The translations under genes were made by a program, and so were the position numbers. A stretch of 59,515 nt of DNA, filler included. It is 5 parts of 5 records of this genome, joined end to end, with 100 filler letters (N's around TTAATTAATTAA, not from the genome) between each part and the next. Parts side by side here need not be neighbours in the genome. Positions count along the whole stretch, not along the records: positions 1 to 15,817 come from SRR31156797_5175; positions 15,918 to 31,903 come from SRR31156797_5184; 3 more parts are not named here. The stretch is one strand, 5' to 3'. Of the stretch, positions 8,103 to 18,362 are shown one piece after another. The notes below the pieces were generated by a model that was not told the DNA's origin, did no database searches, and worked only from the letters and a program-made list of their open reading frames with translations. Numbering within the stretch: position 1 is the first letter of the stretch; each line of letters starts with the position of its first letter.

Positions 8103-10982
8103 TCAAGGCAATTTTTTTTTACCCAAACACTCTCTAATCTTTATGGCCATTTCCTTCAGGTCGACAGGTTTCTGGAGAACTATAAAGTTTTGATCGTTTC
8201 CAACCCTCAGTTGACTAATTGGTTTTCCTGAACCAGTACAGATTATTATCGGAATTTCAGGGCTTATGTCTCTTACCAATTCCGTCAACTCAGCACCGGA
8301 TATCCCCGGCATTGTCAAATCAGAAATAACCAAGTCAAACTCTCGATGCTTCCTTCTAAACATATCAATAGCGTTTTGGCTGTTTTGAACTGCCGTCACA
8401 GAATAACCCAATGCTTGCAAGGACCTCCCCCAAAGCCTTACAATTGAATTTTCATCATCCACAAACAGGATTCTTTCGTTTCCTTTTGGCAGATTATTTT
8501 TTTTCTTTTTTGGACCGATGAAGGGTTGATCTAAAACAGGGAAGTAAATCATAAATTTTGTTCCCTTATTAAGTTTACTTTCAACTGTAATTTTCCCCTC
8601 CATGCTTTCAACAATGCCATGAACGACTGATAATCCTAAACCAGTCCCTTCATTTTTATCTTTAGTGGTAAAAAAAGGATCAAATATTTTGGTTAGATTG
8701 CGATCTGATATCCCTTGTCCCGTATCCTTTACACTCAAAACCACATACTCTCCCGGTCTGAGATTACTGAATTTTTGATTATCATTGTTCTGAAGGTTTT
8801 TCTTATAAAGTTTAAATTCTAAAGTACCTTGTGATTCTTTCATTGCATGTGAGGCATTGGTTGCCAAATTCATAAGAATCTGATGAAATTGAGAGGGATC
8901 ACCTAAAATATTTGAGCGGGTATCAACAGCACTTTTAATATTGATTGTTGACGGTAAAGAAGCCTTCAACATTTTTAGGACCTCTTTAACGAGCAGATAA
9001 GGTTTAAAAGGCTTTTTCACTTCATTTTCTTGCCTGCTGAACGTCAGAATTTGAGAAACAAGATCCTTTGCACGCTTTCCTGCCGTTACTATTTCTTTTA
9101 TGTCATTTGATAGTTGAGAATTTTCTTCAGCAGTTTCTAAGGCTATTTCAGAAAAGCCAAGTATTACAGAAAGAATATTATTAAAATCATGCGCAATGCC
9201 ACCTGCCAATGTACCAATTGCCTCTAACTTTTGTGTTTGGGCAACCTGTTTTTCCAAAAATTTGACTTCAGACAAATCAATGGCAATACCAAGTGTTGCG
9301 TACATATTCATAGAGCTATCCAATAAAGGATAGGTTGAAAATAACGCAGGAAAGGTTTCGCCTGTTTTTCTGAGTAGCAAGGTTTCAATTTGCACACCTT
9401 TTTGAGTTCCATTTAAATTATCAGGTTTTGAAAAAAAATGTTTGAAATTCGCATCTTTATGGAGCTTGGAAACATGAGTTCCTAAAACTTCGTCTTTGTT
9501 GTATCCAAAGAGTTTTTCAGCCCCAGGACTAAAATCAAGTATAGTTGGGTCCTGACCCAGGGCATCTGTAATATAGAAGGCCACTGAATTGGTCCCATTA
9601 AAAATAGCAGAGAGCTGTGCTTGGGTTTCTTCAATAAATTTTTTTGAATTAACAACGTCACTGATATCTCTAACGACAGCAAAAACTATTTTTTCATCTA
9701 ATTTGGGGTAAGCACTCCAAGACAGCCAGCGATAACTACCATCTTTTGTCTTGAAACGGTGCTTAAATTTGATCAATGGTTTTCCTGCGCTTAAGGTGTT
9801 ATTTGATTGGAGTGTTTTCTCGATGTCGTCTGGGTGAACGAAATCGAGGAGTGATTTACCAATCAGCTCATCTGTAGACCAACCCATTATATTTTTCCAA
9901 GCTGGATTAATTTGCTTGAAAGATCCCTCAAATTTGCAAACTGCAAGCATATCTGGTGATTTGTAGAAAAGATTTTCTCTATCGATCTGCATATTCTTTT
10001 TTTCCGTTTCTTCATTCCAAATCGATACGATCTTGCCAGAAGGGAGCTTAAAACAATTAAACTTGCACCATATATTCTTTTTATTAATTTTCAGTTTTTT
10101 AAATGGGGTGACAAAAGGTACCCCAGATTTTGACACCTTTTTATATACAGAGACGACTTCTTTTGTGGTCATCTCAGGTGCCAGAGTAAATCCGGGAACC
10201 GTTTTTTGTGTATCTTTCAAAACAAGTCCTAGATCCAAGGCAACAGGATTAAAATCTAAAAGATTAAATCTATCTGAACTCTCGTCTGGTTCAAGAATAG
10301 TAACGCCCTCTTGAATGTTTTCAAATAAAGATCTATAAAGATCATCTTTTGATTTTAAATCATGTAGCTTCCTTTCATTACTCAAACAGAGAGAAAAAAG
10401 TTCACTCAAATATATAATCGATTGAAGATCGCTTTCTGTATAGTCTGTTCTTTTGTTTGCCAGGCTGACTTGACCAGCAATTTCCCCTTCAAACCATACA
10501 GGCACGGATAGAAATCTATATATTGGGGTATGTCCTGTGGGGATACTTGTATATGAAGAATGATGTTTAGGATCGTTTGTGAAAAAAGGCCTCCTTGTAT
10601 TCAATGAGTGTCCTCTCAATCCCGAATAATTCCCATTTCGATCCGGTTTTAAACTTATAAAATTGGATTGGTTTTGCGAATTTTTGTTTACGGGTATTTT
10701 GTCCGTGCATGCTGTGTTGATTACATTGCCGTTTGGTCGATTAATCAAAGCCACATACCCGATTTCGCTCCCTGTTAGATCTTTTCCACCATCCAGCATA
10801 ATTTGAGTTAGTTCATCTATCGTAGGATCTGTGGAATTTAACTTTTTTACAATACTATAAACAATTTCATTGAGCTCTTGATTTGATAGGCGTGAATCCT
10901 TTTGCTTTTTAACGAATTTAATGATAAGCCCAACGAGAAATGATGCTGAAATCCCAAAAAAGATTACTTCTAAAGAAGTCAC
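8103..10982 (-). CDS. Hybrid sensor histidine kinase (GAF, PAS domains, HisKA, HATPase, REC)
   Basis: GAF (PTGHTPIYRFLSVP), PAS repeats, QKLEAIGTLAGGIAHDFNNIL, DPFFTTK..EGTGLGL, C-terminal receiver (VDDE, SDLTMP, KP). Confidence 0.95.
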   Translation of the reverse strand: MTSLEVIFFGISASFLVGLIIKFVKKQKDSRLSNQELNEIVYSIVKKLNSTDPTIDELTQIMLDGGKDLTGSEIGYVALINRPNGNVINTACTDKIPVNKNSQNQSNFISLKPDRNGNYSGLRGHSLNTRRPFFTNDPKHHSSYTSIPTGHTPIYRFLSVPVWFEGEIAGQVSLANKRTDYTESDLQSIIYLSELFSLCLSNERKLHDLKSKDDLYRSLFENIQEGVTILEPDESSDRFNLLDFNPVALDLGLVLKDTQKTVPGFTLAPEMTTKEVVSVYKKVSKSGVPFVTPFKKLKINKKNIWCKFNCFKLPSGKIVSIWNEETEKKNMQIDRENLFYKSPDMLAVCKFEGSFKQINPAWKNIMGWSTDELIGKSLLDFVHPDDIEKTLQSNNTLSAGKPLIKFKHRFKTKDGSYRWLSWSAYPKLDEKIVFAVVRDISDVVNSKKFIEETQAQLSAIFNGTNSVAFYITDALGQDPTILDFSPGAEKLFGYNKDEVLGTHVSKLHKDANFKHFFSKPDNLNGTQKGVQIETLLLRKTGETFPALFSTYPLLDSSMNMYATLGIAIDLSEVKFLEKQVAQTQKLEAIGTLAGGIAHDFNNILSVILGFSEIALETAEENSQLSNDIKEIVTAGKRAKDLVSQILTFSRQENEVKKPFKPYLLVKEVLKMLKASLPSTINIKSAVDTRSNILGDPSQFHQILMNLATNASHAMKESQGTLEFKLYKKNLQNNDNQKFSNLRPGEYVVLSVKDTGQGISDRNLTKIFDPFFTTKDKNEGTGLGLSVVHGIVESMEGKITVESKLNKGTKFMIYFPVLDQPFIGPKKKKNNLPKGNERILFVDDENSIVRLWGRSLQALGYSVTAVQNSQNAIDMFRRKHREFDLVISDLTMPGISGAELTELVRDISPEIPIIICTGSGKPISQLRVGNDQNFIVLQKPVDLKEMAIKIRECLGKKKLP

Positions 10983-11404
10983 TCGGCACCTCCTTTTGTC
11001 TCGATTTCATCATCCCAGGTGACACCTAACCCTTTTTCAGATTCTTCCATGGCCAGTTTCTCAATAAGCAGAATCAACTTGTCTGACTCCATTGATTTCT
11101 CAAAAAAATAATCAGCACCCAGGTCACTACATTTGTTTTTATAAAGTAGGTAAGAGTAATTTGAGAAAACGGCTATTTTGATTTTATTGTCTATATTTTT
11201 AATTTTTCTGATCAGATCAAATGAATTGCCTGTGTCCAATCGTAGATCCAGAATCACAAAATCAGGTCGATGTTTTTGAATGCACGAAATTACATCTGAT
11301 TTTTTCCCAGTTTCGCCTGCTATCATGGCACCCGGAATATCGTTTATAATCGTTCTTAGGCTGCCCCTGATTTGTTTTGAATCATCAACTATAAATATAA
11401 CCAT
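10979..11404 (-). CDS. Single-domain response regulator (NarL-type receiver)
   Basis: IVDDS, ILDLRL, GADYFFEK. Start moved to ATG 11404 because of a strong RBS (AAAGGAG). Stop overlaps the start of the hybrid kinase. Confidence 0.88.
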   Translation of the reverse strand: MVIFIVDDSKQIRGSLRTIINDIPGAMIAGETGKKSDVISCIQKHRPDFVILDLRLDTGNSFDLIRKIKNIDNKIKIAVFSNYSYLLYKNKCSDLGADYFFEKSMESDKLILLIEKLAMEESEKGLGVTWDDEIETKGGAE

Positions 11405-11579
11405 CGTAAACTCCTTTGATAGTTTTTTTTGGGAGTTCCCCATGTTGGGAAACATTATAGTTGGCTGGAAAATGATCGGGTATCGGCAAAGATTTGATTA
11501 TGATGTAAAATTTGAATTATGTTTTTGTCGTAAGAATTTTATGCATCAGTCAGAAAATTATCTACAGATAAATGAACGA

Positions 11580-11939
11580 TTATATCTTAATGTGTATTAA
11601 AAGGTCTGATAATTTTGAAGGTTCATCAACTTTTTTGACTACATAGTCGGCACCAGTCTTCCTATAAATTTCTTTATATCCATTTTCAAGGAGGCTCATG
11701 TATAGGATTATAATGGGTGACCTGGTTTGGTTTTTTATAGTTTGGATGGCTTTAATAGAATCTTTATCAACAATACTAATACCCCAAATTACAATATCCG
11801 GACTAACTTGATCGATGCCTTTAATCGCCTCGGGAATGCTGAAAGCAATACCACTGAAATAAATGTCTGGGAGGTCTGACAGATAGTCAATCAAGCTTTT
11901 AATCAGTTTTGTAGAGTTATCCACTACAAATATATTCAT
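11580..11939 (-). CDS. Atypical receiver-domain protein (pseudo-receiver)
   Basis: REC fold pattern, but VVDN and PDIVIWGISI: Gly where the phosphoacceptor Asp normally sits. Confidence 0.8.
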   Translation of the reverse strand: MNIFVVDNSTKLIKSLIDYLSDLPDIYFSGIAFSIPEAIKGIDQVSPDIVIWGISIVDKDSIKAIQTIKNQTRSPIIILYMSLLENGYKEIYRKTGADYVVKKVDEPSKLSDLLIHIKI

Positions 11940-12102
11940 ATAGTTTTAGGGCCTTTTTTTATTGGTTCTTAGAAAAGAGGTTACACGATTTCCTTAAGAG
12001 TTTCAGTCGCTCGATAGACAAATTTTTTGTAGGTTTGTTTCGAGAATGTTGTAGAACAGATTACCACAGAATGAAGAGCTTATTAAACTTGCTCGTTAGA
12101 AG

Positions 12103-12735
12103 TTAATCCAATAGATTATTTTTTATTGCATAATGTGTTATTTCGGAATTATTTTTTAAACCAATCTTGTCAAGAATTCTGCTCCGATATGTGCTTACAG
12201 TGCTTACACCCAAAAACAATTCTTTTGCGATATCACCAGTACTTTTTCCGCTGGCAATAAGCTGCAACACCTGAAATTCTCTATTGGAAAGAAGTTCATG
12301 TGGTTTTTTCTCATGATCAATTTCAACAGCAAAAGCCAACTTCTCGGCAACAGAAGGGGTAATATATTTACCTTTTTTGTGGGCCTTGATTACTGCATCG
12401 ACTATATTCTGTTCATCCGTATCTTTTGTAAGATAGCCAGAAGCACCGGCTTTCATGACTCTCAGGGCGTATTGATCTTCAGAGTGCATACTTAATATCA
12501 AGACAGGCAATTTAGGATAATTGGTTCTAATTTGTTGAAGGGTTTCAAGTCCATTAAGCCCAGGCATTGTTATATCCAGCAACACGACATCATATGTCCT
12601 TTTTGACAATTTTTCCAAAACCTCATTTCCATCAGATGCCTCATCAATTACTTTAATATTGGGAGCATCGTTTATAACCTGCTTCAAGCCTCTTCTAAAT
12701 ATCTTGTGATCATCAGCTATTAATACCTCTATCAT
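12103..12735 (-). CDS. NarL/LuxR family DNA-binding response regulator (UvrY/GacA-like)
   Basis: IADDH, LLDITMP, GASGYLTK, LuxR HTH LSNREFQVL...STVSTYRSRILDK. Confidence 0.95.
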   Translation of the reverse strand: MIEVLIADDHKIFRRGLKQVINDAPNIKVIDEASDGNEVLEKLSKRTYDVVLLDITMPGLNGLETLQQIRTNYPKLPVLILSMHSEDQYALRVMKAGASGYLTKDTDEQNIVDAVIKAHKKGKYITPSVAEKLAFAVEIDHEKKPHELLSNREFQVLQLIASGKSTGDIAKELFLGVSTVSTYRSRILDKIGLKNNSEITHYAIKNNLLD

Positions 12736-12806
12736 CTTATTCCCCTGTTTTTGATTCGACTACATATTGTCTTCAATAAGTATATAGTGTTATGGAATCA
12801 ATTAAT

Positions 12807-15530
12807 TTAATTTTCTACATTGAACACAACCTTAATCATTGTACCATGACCATTTTCTGACACAATGTTTAAATACCCATTCATCGTAGCTGCCCTTTCT
12901 TTGATACCTAAAATTCCAAATGATTTAATGCCGCCTCTGGATGATGCTTTTTGAATACCTATACCATCATCTTGAATTTTTAAGATTATTTCCTTTCCTT
13001 CAGCCCTCAGTTCAATTTCAACATTCCGAGCTTTTGAGTGTCTGCTGATATTTGTTAAGGCTTCCTGAACAATCCTGAACAAAGAGATTGATTGAGTTTT
13101 ATTCAAAATGATCTCATCCAAATTGTGGACAAGATTGACATTAATATCATTGCGGCCCATAAAATTGGAAACGAGCCACTCAAGAGCTGGAATAAGCCCC
13201 ATATCGTCTAAAAGAGCCGGACGAAGTTCAGAGCAGATTTTTTTTACTGTTTGAACACTCTCTTTGATCATTTCTTCCATGTCAGTCATTTTTTCACTTA
13301 AAGTTGATTGGTCTGGAAGCAATCTCTTTTTCATCCATCCAATGTCTAATTTTAACGCAGACAGCGTTTGACCAAAATCATCATGAATTTCTCTTGAGAT
13401 AGCGGTTCTCTCTTTTTCAATTTGATTTTGCAGATGTGATGTAAAACGGCTCAATTCTCTGTTCGCCTGCTTGATTTCAGTCAAGTCAACTGTGACACCA
13501 AGAATTTCATGTAAATCTCCTTTGGTATCAAGCAAAGGGATACATGTTATTTGCAGATATTTTATGTTTCCATCCGGTAGTTTTATCTCAGTTTCAACGG
13601 ATCGTATTGTTTTTGTTTTCTTTGATTCAATCAGTGCCGGCAGATATTTATTATACATCTCAGGCGGCCATAGCTCCTGTTCTGTTTTGTTAATAAAGTC
13701 GGAACTGGGTCTTCCGGTAACAGCCCTTGTCGCTGAATTGATATATTGAATTCTTAAGTTAGTATCGTAAATGACTACAACATCCGGGATATTCTCAAGT
13801 GCTCTCTCAAATCGCTCTTTATTTATTGACAACTCAAGTTCCATTTTCTGTTTTTGGGTAATATCTCTGATAGTAGCCAATAAATGCCCATCAGGAAGCA
13901 TCGTTACTGAGACTTCAGCATCAAATGTTGAGCTGTCTTTTCTGATAAATTTCCACACACGCCAATAATCAGCGATTTCCTTTATTTTGTTTATCTCTGG
14001 TTCAATATTTTGTATTTCTTTCGGTGCAACAATGTCCGAAGCGTGTAACCCAACAAACTCGCTCAGTGAGTATCCCAGCATATTACACAATTTTTGGTTT
14101 GCATTGATGTAGTAGCTTTGTTGATCAGCAACTAAAACCCCATAGGGTGCGTATTCAAAGAGTTTTCGGTAGCTTTCCTCACTGTGCTGTAATTTCTCTT
14201 CAATTTTTTTTCTTTCCGTAATATCAATCATGATCGTTACATGATGAGGTTCTCCTTCGATTTCCATTGGTTCTGAAGAAAAAAGAATTGTGAGAATTTT
14301 ACCGGATTTTGACCGAGCCTTTAATTCCGTCTCTTTTAGTCCTCCTGAATCAAGCTGGGCAGTTATGAGTTTCTTTTTTTGTTCTAAACTGATCATTTTC
14401 AAATCGGTCGAATTAGACCCTAAGACCTCTTCACGGGAATATTCAAACATTTTAAGAAATGATTCATTTACATCTATAAATTTTCCATCTTTAATTCGTG
14501 TGATTGTTAGGCCTGCAGGACTGCTGTGGAATGCATGGGAAAATCTTGTTTCTGAAGAACGAAGGTCCTCTTCTTTTTTTATCTGTTCAGTAACGTCTAT
14601 GATGTTTCCAAACAAACGATATACCCTATTGTGTTTGTATTCGACTTCAGCAATCGTCCGTACCCAAAGTTTATTGCCTAATGCTGTGTTTAGTTTTAAC
14701 GTCAGGTCGTAGGATTTTCCTTCTGATAAAGCCATATCAAAAGCTTTTTGTATTGTCGCCTGGTCATTTTCTTCATAAAATGAAATATTTGTTTCCAGGT
14801 TATTGGGATCGAAAGTATTCATATCCACCTCATGAATACGATATACTTCTTCAGTCCAGTAAATCGTCTGATCTTTTACATCATATTCCCATCCGCCGGA
14901 CTTGGTAATCCTTTGTGTTTGGTTTAAAATTGAGGCACTTTTTTTTAATTGTTCTTTTGTCTTTTCCTGCCTTTCCATACTGTGTAACACAAAACCAAAC
15001 AGCACTGTTGCTAAGGGAAAAATCAATAAAACTGGGAATGAAATCGTTTTCAAAATATTATACGAAATCTCTATGGGGAGTGTAAGCATCCACAATAACA
15101 TGGTGATGTGCACCACGATGCCAAAGAGATAAAGCGGAACAGGTTTATGATAATGTTGGCGGAACCTTTTATTGTGATGAATAATTGCCCCTATCAACCC
15201 GGATGTTACTATAACCCCAATCCCTGTCCACATTCCCGTACCGCCAAGTACAGCTCTATAAACGGATGATATAACAATGCTGACAACTGCAGGCAAAAGA
15301 CCTCCGAAGAGTCCTGCAACACTCACAATCATGGACCGGCCGTCAAATATCACACCAGGTGCATATTCAAACGGAATCATCATGCCAAATACTGCAGAAA
15401 ACCCAAATAAAGAACCCATTAAGAGTTTTCGAGTAGATGGGGCAAACTCCGCTCTACTGATGATGAACCAATAGATTATGCTCATCGATAAGAGTAGAGA
15501 AATGTTGTTGATCAAATCTACAAAAATCAT
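12807..15530 (-). CDS. Sensor histidine kinase (5TM-LytS-type input, about 4 PAS domains, HisKA_3, HATPase)
   Basis: N-terminal GVIFDGRS...GLFGG membrane domain, repeated PAS/PAC (DITERK), EIHDDFGQTL, QEALTNISRHS. Confidence 0.93.
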   Translation of the reverse strand: MIFVDLINNISLLLSMSIIYWFIISRAEFAPSTRKLLMGSLFGFSAVFGMMIPFEYAPGVIFDGRSMIVSVAGLFGGLLPAVVSIVISSVYRAVLGGTGMWTGIGVIVTSGLIGAIIHHNKRFRQHYHKPVPLYLFGIVVHITMLLWMLTLPIEISYNILKTISFPVLLIFPLATVLFGFVLHSMERQEKTKEQLKKSASILNQTQRITKSGGWEYDVKDQTIYWTEEVYRIHEVDMNTFDPNNLETNISFYEENDQATIQKAFDMALSEGKSYDLTLKLNTALGNKLWVRTIAEVEYKHNRVYRLFGNIIDVTEQIKKEEDLRSSETRFSHAFHSSPAGLTITRIKDGKFIDVNESFLKMFEYSREEVLGSNSTDLKMISLEQKKKLITAQLDSGGLKETELKARSKSGKILTILFSSEPMEIEGEPHHVTIMIDITERKKIEEKLQHSEESYRKLFEYAPYGVLVADQQSYYINANQKLCNMLGYSLSEFVGLHASDIVAPKEIQNIEPEINKIKEIADYWRVWKFIRKDSSTFDAEVSVTMLPDGHLLATIRDITQKQKMELELSINKERFERALENIPDVVVIYDTNLRIQYINSATRAVTGRPSSDFINKTEQELWPPEMYNKYLPALIESKKTKTIRSVETEIKLPDGNIKYLQITCIPLLDTKGDLHEILGVTVDLTEIKQANRELSRFTSHLQNQIEKERTAISREIHDDFGQTLSALKLDIGWMKKRLLPDQSTLSEKMTDMEEMIKESVQTVKKICSELRPALLDDMGLIPALEWLVSNFMGRNDINVNLVHNLDEIILNKTQSISLFRIVQEALTNISRHSKARNVEIELRAEGKEIILKIQDDGIGIQKASSRGGIKSFGILGIKERAATMNGYLNIVSENGHGTMIKVVFNVEN

Positions 15531-15817
15531 AATGTACCTACGAAAATCAGTGGAATAAAATGGAAAGAAGTCCTTTAACTATTCAAATTTAGTATTACAA
15601 AAATTTTAAATAGTCAATTTAATGAAGCCGTTCAGGATAATTCAATGGATTTTGCCGGTATCTTCAGGCGTTATCTATAATTGATTTGAACGGCACCGGC
15701 CGTATTCCTGACGAAGGGGACCCGGAAACCTTTAACCATTATGAATAGGGGGCTGCAGAAAACAGATGTAAACGCTGGTGACCCTAACCGGCCTTTTGGA
15801 TAAATAAACATTGCCCG

Positions 15818-15917
15818 NNNNNNNNNNNNNNNNNNNNNNNNNNNNNNNNNNNNNNNNNNNNTTAATTAATTAANNNNNNNNNNNNNNNNNNNNNNNNNNN
15901 NNNNNNNNNNNNNNNNN
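15818..15917. other. Artificial contig linker
   Basis: 44 N + TTAATTAATTAA (stop in all six frames) + 44 N. Confidence 0.99.
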
Positions 15918-16368
15918 ATGTATCTTGCATATCTCTAGCTGGATGATACGCAGGAAGATTAAGAGCTTCAAAGTTATGAAAATCATCTTCAACTAAAGGA
16001 CCATCTTCAACACTAAAGTTTAAGTTTTGAAAGTAAGTTGTAATCTTTGCAAGAGTTGCTGCAACAGGGTGATATGCTCCATTGTTTTTCGATGGCTCAA
16101 ATTTTGTTACATCAATCTTCTCAGCTTCTAATTGTTTCTCTAACTCTTTTGCTAATAAAAGTGTTTTTTGGGTTTCCAGTGCTTCAGTTACTTTTGCTTT
16201 TTGTTGATTAAGATGCTGAGCAAATAGTTTTTTCTCATCACTTGGAATATCTTTCATTTTTGCAAACTCTGTAGTTAAGACACCTTTTTTCCCTAAGATA
16301 TCTACTCTTAAAGATTCTAAAGATTCTAAAGAATCACAGGTTTGTATTTTTTCGATCCACTCTTGCAA
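15918..16368 (-). CDS. pheS: Phenylalanine--tRNA ligase alpha subunit, N-terminal part (truncated by contig end)
   Basis: LGKKG, IDVT, HP, NFEALNLPAYHPARDMQDT. Confidence 0.95.
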
Positions 16369-16470
16369 ATAGCTCTCCTTCTATTTATCTTTACATTTTG
16401 GCTTTGGATTATACTTAAAGATTTATTATAGTTTGGTTATACTTTTGAAAAGTTTGAAAAAGGAAGATAT

Positions 16471-16800
16471 ATGTGTATATTTTGCAAGATAGTTGAAGGG
16501 GAGATCCCAAATAAAACAGTTTTAGAAAATGAAAATTTTTTAGCATTTGAGGATATTAATCCACAAGCAAAAATCCATGTGCTTATAATCCCAAAAGTTC
16601 ATGTTCAGTCTTTCAATGAGATGACACCAAATATTATGTCAGAAATGACACCATTTATCCAAGAAGTTGCTTTGAGCTTAGGAGTAAAAAGTGATGGATA
16701 TAGACTTATAACAAATATTGGACAAAATGGTGGACAAGAGGTTGGTCATATCCACTTTCACCTACTAGCAGGTGAGCAACTAGGACCAATAAATAAATAA
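16471..16800 (+). CDS. hinT: Histidine triad (HIT) nucleotide-binding protein
   Basis: CIFCKI, AFEDINPQA, GGQEVGHIHFH. Confidence 0.93.
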   Translation: MCIFCKIVEGEIPNKTVLENENFLAFEDINPQAKIHVLIIPKVHVQSFNEMTPNIMSEMTPFIQEVALSLGVKSDGYRLITNIGQNGGQEVGHIHFHLLAGEQLGPINK

Positions 16801-16808
16801 AATTTTGT

Positions 16809-17477
16809 ATGGATATTTTTCCATTAAGCAGATTTAATTTAACTTTTCCAGATCCAAAATATGCAAGTGATGAGGGCATCCTTGCGTATGGAGGAGACTT
16901 AAGTCCTAATAGAATTATGTATGGTTACTCCCAAGGAATTTTTCCTTGGTATAATGAGGATGACCCCATTTTATGGTGGTCTCCAAATCCAAGATTTGTT
17001 TTAGAACTAGATGAATTCAAAATCTCAAAAAGCTTATCAAAAACAATTAAAAAAAATATTTTTCAAGTAGAGTTTAATACAAATTTTAAAGAGGTGATTT
17101 CCAATTGTGCAAAAGCTAAAAGAGAAGATCAAGATGGCACTTGGATCACAAATGATATGATTGAAGCCTATTGTGAACTTCATCATTTAGGCCATGCACA
17201 TAGTTTTGAAAGCTATTATCAAGGGCAACTTGTAGGTGGTGGATATGGTGTTGCTATTGGTGATATTTTTTGTGGGGAATCAATGTTTAGTTTAAAAAGT
17301 GATGCGAGCAAAGTTGCTCTTGTAAAACTAGTGGAGCATCTAAAAAAGCAAGGGTTTTGGCTGATTGATTCCCAGATTTACACCAAACACCTGATGAGTT
17401 TTGGAGCAAAAGAGATCCCAAGGGATCAGTATTTGAACTATGTACAAAAAGCATTAGTAAACCCTAAATCTTTTTAA
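16809..17477 (+). CDS. aat: Leucyl/phenylalanyl-tRNA--protein transferase
   Basis: GGDLS, GIFPW, WWSPNPR, GTWIT, FCGESMF, DASKVAL. Confidence 0.96.
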   Translation: MDIFPLSRFNLTFPDPKYASDEGILAYGGDLSPNRIMYGYSQGIFPWYNEDDPILWWSPNPRFVLELDEFKISKSLSKTIKKNIFQVEFNTNFKEVISNCAKAKREDQDGTWITNDMIEAYCELHHLGHAHSFESYYQGQLVGGGYGVAIGDIFCGESMFSLKSDASKVALVKLVEHLKKQGFWLIDSQIYTKHLMSFGAKEIPRDQYLNYVQKALVNPKSF

Positions 17478-17480
17478 AGT

Positions 17481-17535
17481 TGATAATTGTTATTAAACTG
17501 TTATCTAAATATGTCATAATAAAAGAATAACAATT
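17481..17535 (+). promoter_or_regulatory. Promoter of the Mrp-Mbx operon with a Fur/PerR-like box and an inverted repeat
   Basis: TGATAAT-T-GTTATTA (17481-17495) resembles the 7-1-7 Fur/PerR box; extended -10 TGTCATAAT (17512-17520); perfect 10-bp IR AATTGTTATT (17485-17494) / AATAACAATT (17526-17535). Confidence 0.45.
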
Positions 17536-17543
17536 GGAGATAT

Positions 17544-17813
17544 ATGAGTAGTTTTATAGTTTTATTAATAGTTATTGCACTTTTCATAGCCTTTATAAGA
17601 TTTTTAAAAGGCCCAGATCTTTTTAATCGTGTAATATCTTTTGATGTGATGAATATCATTGTAATTTCATTATTAGTGGTATTAAGTATTGAGTTTAAAA
17701 GTAGTTTGTATATAGATATTGCTTTTGTTTTTGGTATTTTAGGCTTTTTAGGAGTGATTCTTTTTGCTAGATTTAGCATAGTAGATAAAGAGGAGGATAA
17801 AAAAGATGATTGA
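17544..17813 (+). CDS. mnhF: Mrp antiporter subunit F (MbxB/MbsB equivalent)
   Basis: 89 aa, 3 TM, RFLKGPDLFNRVISFD, YIDIA. Confidence 0.9.
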   Translation: MSSFIVLLIVIALFIAFIRFLKGPDLFNRVISFDVMNIIVISLLVVLSIEFKSSLYIDIAFVFGILGFLGVILFARFSIVDKEEDKKDD

Positions 17814-18120
17814 TATTCTTGGTTTTATCTTTATGGTGTTAGGGGCACTTTTTTTACTTATTAGTGCATTAGGGCTTTTACGAATGCCTGATCTTCTTTC
17901 TCGTATGCATGCAGGGACAAAATCTTCCACTTTAGGAACGATCTTAGTTCTATTAGGAGCAATTTGTTTAGAGCCTACTTTATGGTTTAAACTCTCCCTA
18001 TTGATTTTATTTGTTTTATTGACCAATCCATTATCCGCTACTATTTTAGGAAGAAGTTCATATTTAAAAAATGGATTTTTAAATAAGAGTGGAATTGATG
18101 AGATGGAGAAAAAACAATGA
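17806..18120 (+). CDS. mnhG: Mrp antiporter subunit G (MbxC equivalent)
   Basis: GLLRMPDLLSRMHAGTKSSTLG, LTNP. Confidence 0.92.
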   Translation: MIDILGFIFMVLGALFLLISALGLLRMPDLLSRMHAGTKSSTLGTILVLLGAICLEPTLWFKLSLLILFVLLTNPLSATILGRSSYLKNGFLNKSGIDEMEKKQ

Positions 18121-18362
18121 CTGGTTTATTGATTATTCTTAGTTTTATTGCATTAATTATCACTACTTTTTTTGTGATCTTTGAAAAAAATCTATCGCAG
18201 AGTGTTATACTGTTTTTAGGTTTTGGATTTGGATCAACGATTCTTTATTTTTTATTTTCAGCTCCAGATGTAGCACTTACAGAAGCAGTGATTGGGACAA
18301 GTTTAAGTGCTATTGTTTTTTTAATCACTATTTTACATACAAAACAAAAAGGGAAAATATGA
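18117..18362 (+). CDS. DUF4040 / MbhD-like membrane subunit (MbxD equivalent)
   Basis: APDVALTEAVIG motif; 81 aa, 3 TM. Confidence 0.88.
   Translation: MTGLLIILSFIALIITTFFVIFEKNLSQSVILFLGFGFGSTILYFLFSAPDVALTEAVIGTSLSAIVFLITILHTKQKGKI

Noticed and set aside
12028-12068. TGTAG half-sites as a GacA/UvrY-type operator
   Set aside because: Right half-sites match the palindrome poorly; too weak to call.
15700-15800. CTGACGA...GAAA hammerhead-like core and loose c-di-AMP or fluoride riboswitch resemblance
   Set aside because: Stem II closing pair is A-G, no valid stem III or UH site, and riboswitch conserved blocks are incomplete; the contig ends here.
15862-15873. Repeated TTAATTAATTAA palindrome (also in the other three N gaps)
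   Set aside because: Synthetic six-frame stop linker, not a biological repeat; ORF-track entries containing X runs are partly artefactual.
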